Source: Candidatus Multivoradales bacterium
GTDB taxonomy: Bacteria > Acidobacteriota > Thermoanaerobaculia > Multivoradales > J023
DNA length: 64,000 nucleotides
Direction of reading: 5' to 3'
NCBI GenBank assembly: GCA_965248925.1
Contig: CBDFLE010000006.1
Coordinates: 3,744,001 to 3,808,000, forward strand
Both the position numbers and the translations under genes were made by a program. The first letter of the stretch is position 1. Every line of letters begins with the position of its first letter. The notes beneath the pieces were generated by a model. The model had not been told where the DNA came from, did not search any database, and saw only the letters and a list, made by a program, of their open reading frames with translations. This document shows positions 56,160-64,000 of the stretch, piece after piece.

Positions 56160-56420
56160 TCAGACCGGACTGTGTTCGACGGCGCCAGCTGGGATGGCCT
56201 CGTCTTCGAGCAGGATTGGGATGTCGGAGACGATCGGGTAGACCAGCTGCGAGGTCTCGCAGTAGAGCCCTTGGGAGACCTCGGGTTCTTCATCCCGGAA
56301 GTGTTCGCGGTACTTCTCGACCAGACTGTCGCAGGTCGGCTGGTCGAGCTTGACCAGGCTCAGCTCGCCGCGGCTTTTTGGGCAGATCAGAATGTCGAGT
56401 AGCTCGGTGTCGATGGCCAT
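56160..56420 (-). CDS. Trm112-like (YcaR) protein
   Basis: LLDILICPKSRGEL...YPIVSDIPILLEDEA. Confidence 0.9.
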   Translation of the reverse strand: MAIDTELLDILICPKSRGELSLVKLDQPTCDSLVEKYREHFRDEEPEVSQGLYCETSQLVYPIVSDIPILLEDEAIPAGAVEHSPV

Positions 56421-56498
56421 GGAGGTCTCCTCAGCAGTTTGAGAATTGATCTTAGACCATTGGTGGTGGTCTTCGCACCCCTGATACCGGGTCGGCAG

Positions 56499-57248
56499 TT
56501 ATAGGCCGCCAGCAAGGTCGATCAAGGTACCTGTGGCGTAAGAAGCTTTTTCGGAGAGTAGCCAGAGAATCGCCTCGGCTACCTCCTCCGGCCGGCCGCT
56601 GCGCTGCATTGGGATCTTCGCCTTGACGCGCTCTAGCCGATCGGGTTCACCGCCGCTCGCATGGATCTCAGTCTCGATAAATCCAGGCCGCACGGCGTTG
56701 ACCCGGATGCCCTGCGCGGCGACCTCTTGGGCGAGCCCAAGGGTCATCGTGTCGACGGCACCTTTGGAGGAGGCATAGTCGACGTACTCGCCAGGTGCGC
56801 CCAGCCGCGCCGCCGCAGACGAGACGTTGACGATGCTTCCACCCTGCCCGCCGTGCGCCGTCGACATGCGGCGTATGGCTTCGCGGGCGCAGAGAAAGGA
56901 GCCGAAGACGTTGGTTGCGAAGACTCTCCGCAAGCGCTCGATGCCGATCTCCTCGACCCGCATCTGCGGTGCCAGAATACCGGCATTGTTAACCAGGGCA
57001 GATAGCGAGCCGAGTTTTCGATCTACCGTCTCGAACAGCCGCACGACATCCGCTTCCACAGAAATGTCGGCGCCTACCGGCAACGCTGAACCGCCCGAGG
57101 TGCGGATCTCCCGCACGACGTCCTCAGCCGCCGCCTCGTTTGTCCGGAAATTCACACACACCGTGTAGCCGTGGGCGGCGGCAAGCTTGGCGGTTGCCCG
57201 GCCGATTCCTCGGCTGGCGCCGGTGACTAATAGGATGGGCTTCCTCAT
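56499..57248 (-). CDS. SDR family oxidoreductase
   Basis: Motifs TGASRGIG, NNAG, YASSK and IRVNAVRPG. Confidence 0.93.
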   Translation of the reverse strand: MRKPILLVTGASRGIGRATAKLAAAHGYTVCVNFRTNEAAAEDVVREIRTSGGSALPVGADISVEADVVRLFETVDRKLGSLSALVNNAGILAPQMRVEEIGIERLRRVFATNVFGSFLCAREAIRRMSTAHGGQGGSIVNVSSAAARLGAPGEYVDYASSKGAVDTMTLGLAQEVAAQGIRVNAVRPGFIETEIHASGGEPDRLERVKAKIPMQRSGRPEEVAEAILWLLSEKASYATGTLIDLAGGL

Positions 57249-57311
57249 CAACCTGCTTTCTTGCACCGGATGTCACGACAACCAGAAGCCGTAGTTTGTC
57301 CCCCAGGCGAA

Positions 57312-58094
57312 TCAGCTAGTCGGGATTAACAACCGCTCGACGCTGCGGGTCTTACCCGTAACCTCGTCGACGTCGATCACGGCGCCGGCCAGGCGCAGGT
57401 CGTGTTTGGCGATTTCTAGGGGCACGCGGGTTTGTAGGGCGAAGCGCTTGAGCACTTTGGCGGCTTTGAAGCCGATGATGCCGTCGTAGGGGCCGGTCAT
57501 GCCGACGTCGGTGATCAGGGCGGTGCCGCCGGCCAAGACGCGCTCGTCGGCGGTGGGTACGTGGGTGTGGGTGCCGAAGACGGCGCTGACTCGGCCGTCG
57601 AGGTAGAAGGCCATCGCTTGCTTCTCGCTGGTGGCCTCGGCGTGGAAATCCACCACCACCACCTTGACCTCCGAGGGTAGGTCGGCAAGCAGCCGGTCGG
57701 CGGCTTTGAAGGGCGAGTCGAGGTTCTTCATGAACACCAGCCCTTCGAGATTGATCGTCGCCACCGGCACCCCGGCTGCGGTCTCGCCGACATAAACACC
57801 GCTGCCGACATTGCCCTCGGGGTAATTTGCAGGACGCAACAAGCGGGGGTCGGAGCTGAGCAGCGGCAGACCCTCCTTCTTGTCCCAAATGTGGTTGCCA
57901 GTGGAGTAGCAGTCGATGTTCAACGCATCAAGTTCTTGGATGATCGCCGGGGTCACGCCGAAGCCGCCGGCGGAGTTTTCGACGTTGACGATCACGTAGT
58001 CGAGTTCGTACTGGTGGCGCAACTCGGGTAGCAGGCGTTGCAGGGTGCGGCGGCCGGGCTTGCCGATCAGGTCGCCGACGAATAGCAGCTTCAT
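57312..58094 (-). CDS. ymdB: YmdB family metallophosphoesterase (TIGR00282)
   Basis: GDLIGKPGR, NVENSAGG, GNHIWD, RPANYP, DFHAEATSEK, GTHTHV and DVGMTG. Lies downstream of rny. Confidence 0.93.
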   Translation of the reverse strand: MKLLFVGDLIGKPGRRTLQRLLPELRHQYELDYVIVNVENSAGGFGVTPAIIQELDALNIDCYSTGNHIWDKKEGLPLLSSDPRLLRPANYPEGNVGSGVYVGETAAGVPVATINLEGLVFMKNLDSPFKAADRLLADLPSEVKVVVVDFHAEATSEKQAMAFYLDGRVSAVFGTHTHVPTADERVLAGGTALITDVGMTGPYDGIIGFKAAKVLKRFALQTRVPLEIAKHDLRLAGAVIDVDEVTGKTRSVERLLIPTS

Positions 58095-58104
58095 CTCCGG
58101 TACC

Positions 58105-59679
58105 TCATCGGGCGTGTTCGATGGCGCGGGTTTCGCGAATCACCGTCACTTTGATCTCGCCCGGGTAAGTGAGTTCGTTCTCGATCCGCTTGGCGATGTC
58201 CTTCGACAACCACAGCGAGGCTTCATCAGATAGCTTGCCGGAGTCGACGATGACCCGGATCTCGCGGCCGGCCTGGATGGCGAAGGTCTTCTGCACTCCT
58301 TTGAAATCGCGCGCGATCTCTTCCAGCTTCTCGAGCCGCTTGATGTAGCTCTCGAGCACTTCGCGGCGGGCCCCCGGACGGGCCGCCGACAGCGCATCTG
58401 CGGCGGTCACCAGCACCGCTTCGACGGTCTCCGGATCGAAGTCGCCGTGGTGGCAAGCCATGCCGTGGACCACTTTCTCGGACTCGCCGTACTTGCGCAG
58501 CAGATCGATGCCGAGATGCAGGTGGGAACCCTCCATCTCGCGGTCCACGGCCTTGCCGATGTCGTGCAGCAGGCCCGCGCGTTTGGCGGTGTGGATGTCG
58601 GCGCGCAGTTCGGCGGCCATGGTGGCGGCCAGATAGGCGACCTCTTTGGAGTGCTTGAGCACGTTCTGGCCATAGGACGTGCGGTAGCGCAGGCGGCCGA
58701 GCAGTTTGACCAACTCGGGATGGATGTCGGCCAGGTTGAGTTCCAGGAGAGCCGCTTCGCCTTCTTGCTGCACCCGGGTCTCGAACTCGGCTTTGACCTT
58801 CTCAACCACTTCCTCGATACGGGCCGGGTGGATGCGGCCGTCGGTGATCAGGCGTTCCAGAGCCACGCGGGCGATCTCGCGGCGAAAGGGATCGAAGCCC
58901 GAGAGGATCACCGCTTCCGGCGTGTCGTCGACGATCAAATCAACCCCGGTAGCCATCTCTAAAGCGCGTATGTTGCGCCCCTCGCGGCCGATAATGCGGC
59001 CTTTCATCTCGTCGCTGGGCAGCAGCACCACCGAGACGGTGGTCTCGGCGACGAAGTCCGAGGCATTGCGTTGAATGGCGTTGGCGAGGATACGTTGCGA
59101 CTGTTTGTTGGCTTGCTCGCGGGCTTCGTCTTCGATCCGCTTGACCAGGTGGGCGGCTTCGTTGCGGGCATCGGTCTCGAGCACCCGGATGAGGTCCTCT
59201 TTGGCCTGGTTGGCGGTCAAGCCAGAGATTTGTTCGAGCTTGGTGCGCTCTTGCTGAATCAGCTGATCGAGATCGGTCTGGGCGCGGTCGACTTGCTTTT
59301 CTTGGCTGGCCAGCTGACGCTCCAGCTCGGCAGAAGTTTGCTCGCGCCGAGTGACTTCCTGGTGCCGCCGGTCGACGGAATCACCTTTCTGTGCCAGACG
59401 ATGCTCGATCTTCTCCAGCTCGCTACGCCGTTGCCGCGACACCTTCTCGAACTCGTTGCGGGCTTGAAGCAGCTTTTCCTTGACCACCAGCTCACCTTCG
59501 CGCAGCTTGGCTTCGCTGTCGCGGCGAGCGTCTTCGACTACTTTCTGGGCCTCTTTCTGTGCGGCTTCGATCTGCTGTCGGGCGGACCGCTGAATCAGCA
59601 GGAAATATAGCTGTACGGCGATCACGATCGCCACCAGGACGATCAAGATCCAGAGGATCGGGCTGGTCACTTCGTTCAC
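58105..59679 (-). CDS. rny: Ribonuclease Y
   Basis: N-terminal TM, coiled coil, KH domain ([14 protein letters not shown]), HD domain (LLHDIGK), [10 protein letters not shown] and [12 protein letters not shown]. Confidence 0.97.
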   Translation of the reverse strand: MNEVTSPILWILIVLVAIVIAVQLYFLLIQRSARQQIEAAQKEAQKVVEDARRDSEAKLREGELVVKEKLLQARNEFEKVSRQRRSELEKIEHRLAQKGDSVDRRHQEVTRREQTSAELERQLASQEKQVDRAQTDLDQLIQQERTKLEQISGLTANQAKEDLIRVLETDARNEAAHLVKRIEDEAREQANKQSQRILANAIQRNASDFVAETTVSVVLLPSDEMKGRIIGREGRNIRALEMATGVDLIVDDTPEAVILSGFDPFRREIARVALERLITDGRIHPARIEEVVEKVKAEFETRVQQEGEAALLELNLADIHPELVKLLGRLRYRTSYGQNVLKHSKEVAYLAATMAAELRADIHTAKRAGLLHDIGKAVDREMEGSHLHLGIDLLRKYGESEKVVHGMACHHGDFDPETVEAVLVTAADALSAARPGARREVLESYIKRLEKLEEIARDFKGVQKTFAIQAGREIRVIVDSGKLSDEASLWLSKDIAKRIENELTYPGEIKVTVIRETRAIEHAR

Positions 59680-59765
59680 CCCCAGATAGAGGTAGGTGCA
59701 TCAGCAGGAGGCAGGCTGATCAATGCGTCGCCATCGTTGGTGGCGGCCAAGGCAGAGAAGACCAA

Positions 59766-59956
59766 GCATCCCCCGTGGGGGTAAGGTGGGGCTCCTTTGG
59801 TTAGAACCGGGCTCCAACCAGGTGGGTGTCCGCGCCGCTGGCCGTCAGCGTCCTCGTGCAGGCGAGGCTGGCACGGGCCAGCGGGTGAAGACTCCCTATT
59901 TCATGACGTTGGTTCTAGCAATCTCAGAGACCCAGTTACCCATCCACGAGGGATGC
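59766..59956 (-). ncRNA. ssrS: 6S RNA
   Basis: ~190 nt between zapA and rny. Terminal stem GCATCCCTCGTGG/CCACGGGGGATGC, inner TAGAACC/GGTTCTA, GGGAG...CCCACC, and apical CCGCTGGCC/GGCCAGCGG. Confidence 0.88.
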
Positions 59957-60018
59957 AAGACTTATGATGCCTTAGGCGCTTACAAGTTAGGCGCTTACCA
60001 GTGGCCAGCTTGGAGCTT

Positions 60019-60321
60019 TCAGGTGTCCAACGCTTCGTCGAGCTCGCCACTCAGCTCGGCCACTTTCTCCATGATCTGGACCCGTTCCCCTTCTAGCTGC
60101 TGAGTGCACTGAAGCAGTTCGTCGGCCAGATTCAGGGCCGCCAAGACAGCGATCTTACCGGAATCTACGGTCGTCACGTGTTCAGCGATCTCCTGCATCT
60201 TGCAGTTGACGAGGCCTGCTAGTTTTTGCATGTATTCGCGGCCGTGCTCGCTGCGCACATGGAAGACTGCGCCGTGGATCTCCACGTCGATCGAAGTGAT
60301 GCTTCTCGCTAGTGTTGCCAT
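60019..60321 (-). CDS. zapA: Cell division protein ZapA
   Basis: VEIHG...KIAVLAALNLADEL, with pheT-zapB-zapA-6S-rny synteny. Confidence 0.9.
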   Translation of the reverse strand: MATLARSITSIDVEIHGAVFHVRSEHGREYMQKLAGLVNCKMQEIAEHVTTVDSGKIAVLAALNLADELLQCTQQLEGERVQIMEKVAELSGELDEALDT

Positions 60322-60424
60322 GCCCGTGCGACTCCGCAAAGTGTCTCGCTCCGCGGGCAACCCATGCCCTGCCAGAGATTTAGACGCGGGTGAACTATAG
60401 CACAGGGCGGTTGGCCCAGGCCCC

Positions 60425-60667
60425 CTAGCTTTGGTCGGTGAGCAGTTCTTCGAGGTGCTCGACCAGGCTGCCAACCCGCTGCTGAATGTCGTCCCGCTCT
60501 TGCTGCCAGGCGGTGACTTCTTGCTGATTCTTCTGCGCCTCGGTGAGGGCGCTCTCTAGTTTGCCGACACGGGCTTCGAGTTGGGTGTTCTGCTCCCGCG
60601 CTTGACGCAGGCCTTTGGCGGCGGCATGAACTTTCTCTTCTAAATCTTTGAGCCAGGCGGTAGACAT
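60425..60667 (-). CDS. zapB: ZapB-like coiled-coil protein
   Basis: 80-aa coiled coil (LEEKV...EQNTQL...ERDDIQQRV) upstream of zapA, with AGGAG RBS. Confidence 0.65.
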   Translation of the reverse strand: MSTAWLKDLEEKVHAAAKGLRQAREQNTQLEARVGKLESALTEAQKNQQEVTAWQQERDDIQQRVGSLVEHLEELLTDQS

Positions 60668-60700
60668 TTCTTCTCCTGCGGGCAGGCCCTCGGCACCGAA

Positions 60701-62764
60701 TCAATGGGCCAGGCCGAATCGCTTCTCGAGCTGCGCCGCCAAGTCTTGGTGGCGCTGGTTGATTTCGTCTTGAGTCAGTGAGCCGGCCGTCGAGCCGTAT
60801 TGGAACCAAATCGTGGTGTTGACCGCTCCTGCCGGCACCCCCCTACCGCTGTAGCGGTCCTTGAGGCCGAAGGAGAGCAGGTCGGTGATTTGCTGCTGGT
60901 CGATGGTGCGGCCGATCTCGCTCCAGGAGACTTCGACCGCGTGGGTCAAGGTGGTATCGGCCGCGATGCCGGGGTGCTTGGACGGGATATCGACCCGCAG
61001 AGCACTTTCCTGGTCATCCCTGAGCAGAGCGCTGCAGGCCAACTCGGCGACCAGTAGCGGCCAGGGGCCATCCTCGTCGAGCTGGCCGAGGTAGCCCACT
61101 GGCTGCTCCGGCTGGTCGGCGACAAACAGGTCGGAGGTATGGCCGGGCAGCAACTGCGGCCGGCGGCTCGGGCGCGCTTCGAGGGTCACTCCAAGAGCCT
61201 GCGCCAGGCTGTCGACGACCCCCTTGAGGTCGAAGAAGTCGACCTCGGCCGGGCGTTGCCAAGCGCTGCCAGCGGCACCGCCAGCGACCAACGCGAGGGT
61301 CTCGAACTCGCGCACGCCAGCTACCGGTGAGGTCACCCCAGCATCGGCGGCGAAGACATGGGCAATCTCGAACAGGCGCACTTCCCCGGCGCCGCGGCGC
61401 TGGTTGTAGCGCGCCGTGCTCAGCAAGCCGGGCAACAGCGAGCGGCGCATCACCGCATAGCGGTCAGATAGGGGATTGGCCACCTGCAAAGCGGGAGCAG
61501 CGCTCAATAAGCCGGCGAAGGCGTCGTCGGACTGGCGATCGTGGAAGGCGTAGTTGATCGCTTCGGCGAAGCCGCAGGCCGCCAGGTGATCCTGGATCTG
61601 TCGCCGCAGTCGGTGGTTGGGACTCTCGGCAGCATCGAGGCCGGCGATCTGCGGCAAGCTGGAGGGCACGTTGTCGAAGCCATGGATGCGCAACAGCTCC
61701 TCATAGAGGTCTGCCGGGAAGGGGTTGTGAAAGTCGTACCAGCGCCACGAGGGGGCGCTGACCCGCCAGCAATCTTCGCCCTTGGACTCGGCCGCGAAAC
61801 CCAGGGCGGTCAACGTTGTCTCGATCTCAGCGGGGGCGATGTCGACCCCGCCGAAGGCTGCCAGCCGGTGCCGTTCGAGGTCCAAGGTCGGTGGCCAGTC
61901 GGGGTCTAGATGCTGTGGATCTACCTCACCGGCCAGCACTTCGCCACCGGCTAGCTCGGCGATCAAAGCTGCCGCTCGCTGAGCTGCCCAAAGGCAGGCC
62001 AGGGGGTCGGCACCGCGTTCGAAACGGTGGCTGGCGTCGGTGTGTAGGCCGAGTTTTTTGGCCCCACGGCGGACGACGTTGGGGTCGAAATGGCCGCTTT
62101 CGAGCAGCACCGTGGTGGTGCTGTCGGTGACCTCGCTATCGCGCCCGCCCATCACTCCCGCCAACCCCACCGCTCGTTCGGCATCGGCGATCACCAGCAC
62201 CTCCGGATCGAGCTTGTGCTCGTTGCCGTCTAGGGTCACCAAGGCTTCGCCGGCATGGGCGCGGCGGACCCGGATCTCAGCTCCGGCGAGCTTGTCGTAG
62301 TCGTAAGCATGCAGCGGTTGGCCGGTTTCCCAGAGCACGAAGTTGGTGATGTCGACGATGTTGTTGATCGATCGCGAGCCGATCGCTTGCAGCCTCTCGA
62401 CCAGCCAGCTCGGACTCGGTCCGACGGTGACGCCGCGGATCATCAGCGCGCTGTAGCGCCGGCATAGCAGCGGCTCTTCCAGGGAGATGATGATCTTGCC
62501 GTCGATCGACTCAGAGCAGGTGCTGGCAACCAACTCGGGCGGCCGTAAGGGTTGGCCAAAGACCACCGCAACTTCCCGTGCCATGCCGAGGTGGCACATG
62601 CAGTCGGGGCGGTTGGTGGTGATGTCGAGATCCAGCACCACGTCGTCGCCCACTTGGCGTTGACCTTCGACCGCCAGCCCGGCGTCGGTCAGTCCGCGGG
62701 CGAGCTGATCGAGATCCTCGGGTAGCTCGACATAGTCGCCAATCCAATTGCGTGAAAGCTCCAT
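60701..62764 (-). CDS. pheT: Phenylalanine-tRNA ligase beta subunit
   Basis: ITTNRPDC, INNIVDITN, GQPLHAYD, ASHRFERG, DLYEELLRIHGFD and NPLS. Confidence 0.96.
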   Translation of the reverse strand: MELSRNWIGDYVELPEDLDQLARGLTDAGLAVEGQRQVGDDVVLDLDITTNRPDCMCHLGMAREVAVVFGQPLRPPELVASTCSESIDGKIIISLEEPLLCRRYSALMIRGVTVGPSPSWLVERLQAIGSRSINNIVDITNFVLWETGQPLHAYDYDKLAGAEIRVRRAHAGEALVTLDGNEHKLDPEVLVIADAERAVGLAGVMGGRDSEVTDSTTTVLLESGHFDPNVVRRGAKKLGLHTDASHRFERGADPLACLWAAQRAAALIAELAGGEVLAGEVDPQHLDPDWPPTLDLERHRLAAFGGVDIAPAEIETTLTALGFAAESKGEDCWRVSAPSWRWYDFHNPFPADLYEELLRIHGFDNVPSSLPQIAGLDAAESPNHRLRRQIQDHLAACGFAEAINYAFHDRQSDDAFAGLLSAAPALQVANPLSDRYAVMRRSLLPGLLSTARYNQRRGAGEVRLFEIAHVFAADAGVTSPVAGVREFETLALVAGGAAGSAWQRPAEVDFFDLKGVVDSLAQALGVTLEARPSRRPQLLPGHTSDLFVADQPEQPVGYLGQLDEDGPWPLLVAELACSALLRDDQESALRVDIPSKHPGIAADTTLTHAVEVSWSEIGRTIDQQQITDLLSFGLKDRYSGRGVPAGAVNTTIWFQYGSTAGSLTQDEINQRHQDLAAQLEKRFGLAH

Positions 62765-62777
62765 CGCGCTGTTCTCC

Positions 62778-63821
62778 TCAGCTGCGGATCTGGCGTAGCA
62801 GGCGTTCGTCGTTGTCGAACAGTAAGCGGATGTTAGGGATGCCGAAGCGGATCATCGCCACCCGGTCGATGCCGAGGCCGAAGGCGAAGCCAGAATAGCG
62901 CTCGGGGTCGATACCGCAGCCAGCCAGCACCCGCGGGTCGACCATGCCGGTGCCCAGGATCTCCATCCAGCCGCTGCCCGAGCACACCGCGCAGCCCTTG
63001 CCGTGGCAGAATGGGCAGGTGATGTCGACCTCGGCCGACGGCTCGGTGAAGGGGAAGAAGCTGGGTCGTAGTCGAACCCCGGTGTCGGCGCTGAACAGGC
63101 GCTGAATGAAAGCTTCCAAGGTGCCCTTGAGGTCCCCCAGGGTGATGCCCTCACCGACCGCCAGTCCTTCGATCTGGTGGAACATCGGCGAGTGTCGAAG
63201 GTCGTTGTCCTTGCGATATACCCGCCCCGGGCAGATCACCCGAATCGGCGGCTCACTGCGCTCCAACATGGTGCGGATCTGCACCGGCGAGGTGTGAGTG
63301 CGCAGCAGTAGATCTCTGCTGCTGCTTTCACCGCCGAGGAAAAAGGTGTCCTGAGTGTCGCGGGCCGGGTGGCCGGCGGGAATATTCAGCGCCTCGAAGT
63401 TGTGGTAGTCGTCCTCGACTTCGGGACCCTCGGCAACGCTGTAGCCGAGTTCGGCGAAGATCTCTTCGATCAGCCGGGCGGTATGGGTCACCGGATGCAG
63501 CGCGCCGATTCGAGGTATCCGGCCGGGTAGGGAAACATCGATCGGCGGCGGGCCGCTGCGGGCCGAAGTTAGATTGTCGCGCAGCTCGCCGAGGCGCTCT
63601 TGAACTTGTTGTTTGAGCCGGTTGACAGCCTGGCCATAGTCGCGGCGATCGGCCGCCGCGATGTCTTTCATGCGGCCCAGCAGGGCGCGCAGCCGGCCTT
63701 GCTTCTTGCCGGCCCAGCGCAGACGCAGAGCTTCTAGATCCTCGGTGGTACATACCGCCGAGGCTTCGCTAGTGAATTGCTCGGCCAGCTGGTCGAGCTC
63801 GGTGGCGGCGTTATCGCTCAT
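62778..63821 (-). CDS. pheS: Phenylalanine-tRNA ligase alpha subunit
   Basis: HPARDTQDTF, LRTHTSPVQ, HSPMFHQIEG, FPFTEPS and GFAFGLGIDR. Confidence 0.98.
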   Translation of the reverse strand: MSDNAATELDQLAEQFTSEASAVCTTEDLEALRLRWAGKKQGRLRALLGRMKDIAAADRRDYGQAVNRLKQQVQERLGELRDNLTSARSGPPPIDVSLPGRIPRIGALHPVTHTARLIEEIFAELGYSVAEGPEVEDDYHNFEALNIPAGHPARDTQDTFFLGGESSSRDLLLRTHTSPVQIRTMLERSEPPIRVICPGRVYRKDNDLRHSPMFHQIEGLAVGEGITLGDLKGTLEAFIQRLFSADTGVRLRPSFFPFTEPSAEVDITCPFCHGKGCAVCSGSGWMEILGTGMVDPRVLAGCGIDPERYSGFAFGLGIDRVAMIRFGIPNIRLLFDNDERLLRQIRS

Positions 63822-63845
63822 CGGCTCGGCCTCCGTTGGTGAGGC

Positions 63846-64000
63846 TTAGCCTTCCTCGGCCGCTTGCTTGGCGTCCTCGGGCTTGGCCTTTTTCCTTGGC
63901 TTGGCGGCGGCCTTCTTCTTCGGCTCGGCCTTTTTCTTTGGCTTGGCTTCTTCAGCCGGCGCCTCCGGGTCGGCGCTGATCTCGCCGGCCATGCCCTTCT
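63846..64000 (-). CDS. 3' end of a gene with Lys/Ala/Pro/Glu-rich tail; probably rplT (L20) by synteny
   Basis: Reads ...KGMAGEISADPEAPAEEAKPKKKAEPKKKAAAKPRKKAKPEDAKQAAEEG*, ending 24 bp before pheS. Identity inferred only from the usual rplT-pheS order. Confidence 0.5.
   Translation of the reverse strand, partial: KGMAGEISADPEAPAEEAKPKKKAEPKKKAAAKPRKKAKPEDAKQAAEEG

Noticed and set aside
1-64000. CRISPR array, rRNA, prophage, integrase
   Set aside because: No regularly spaced repeats with unique spacers, and no rRNA-like or phage/integrase genes were recognised by eye.

Overview
High-GC bacterial chromosomal window. An Acidobacteriota (Thermoanaerobaculia-like) origin is inferred from the ADOP-type permease, a short PheT, zapA-6S-rny synteny and C-terminal IFxDGFESGD motifs. 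Housekeeping content: purE, tRNA-Ala(CGC), lon, an lpxL-like acyltransferase, Trm112, ymdB, rny, 6S RNA, zapA/zapB, pheT, pheS and probably the 3' end of rplT. An RDD-SpoIIM-DUF4129-DUF4350-MoxR-DUF58 operon is split by a ~7.4 kb opposite-strand block. That block holds a RAYT-like Y1 (HUH) transposase with structured flanks and a four-gene cassette: secreted FESGD-tail protein, ECF sigma, zinc-finger anti-sigma and a probably exported TPR-CHAT caspase-like protease. This cassette is the best candidate for a poorly described protease-gated signalling system. Other accessory modules: ADOP permease plus a secreted protein with a 12-Cys tail; an ATPase plus degenerate-ATPase/TPR pair; an active/inactive DUF3857 transglutaminase-like pair with a GTDC1/QTMAN-like glycosyltransferase; an APC permease with two lipoproteins; and an ABC permease-M1 peptidase fusion. 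No CRISPR array, rRNA or prophage was seen. All family calls come from reading motifs by eye, not from database searches. Several start codons were adjusted from the ORF track using overlaps and RBSs.
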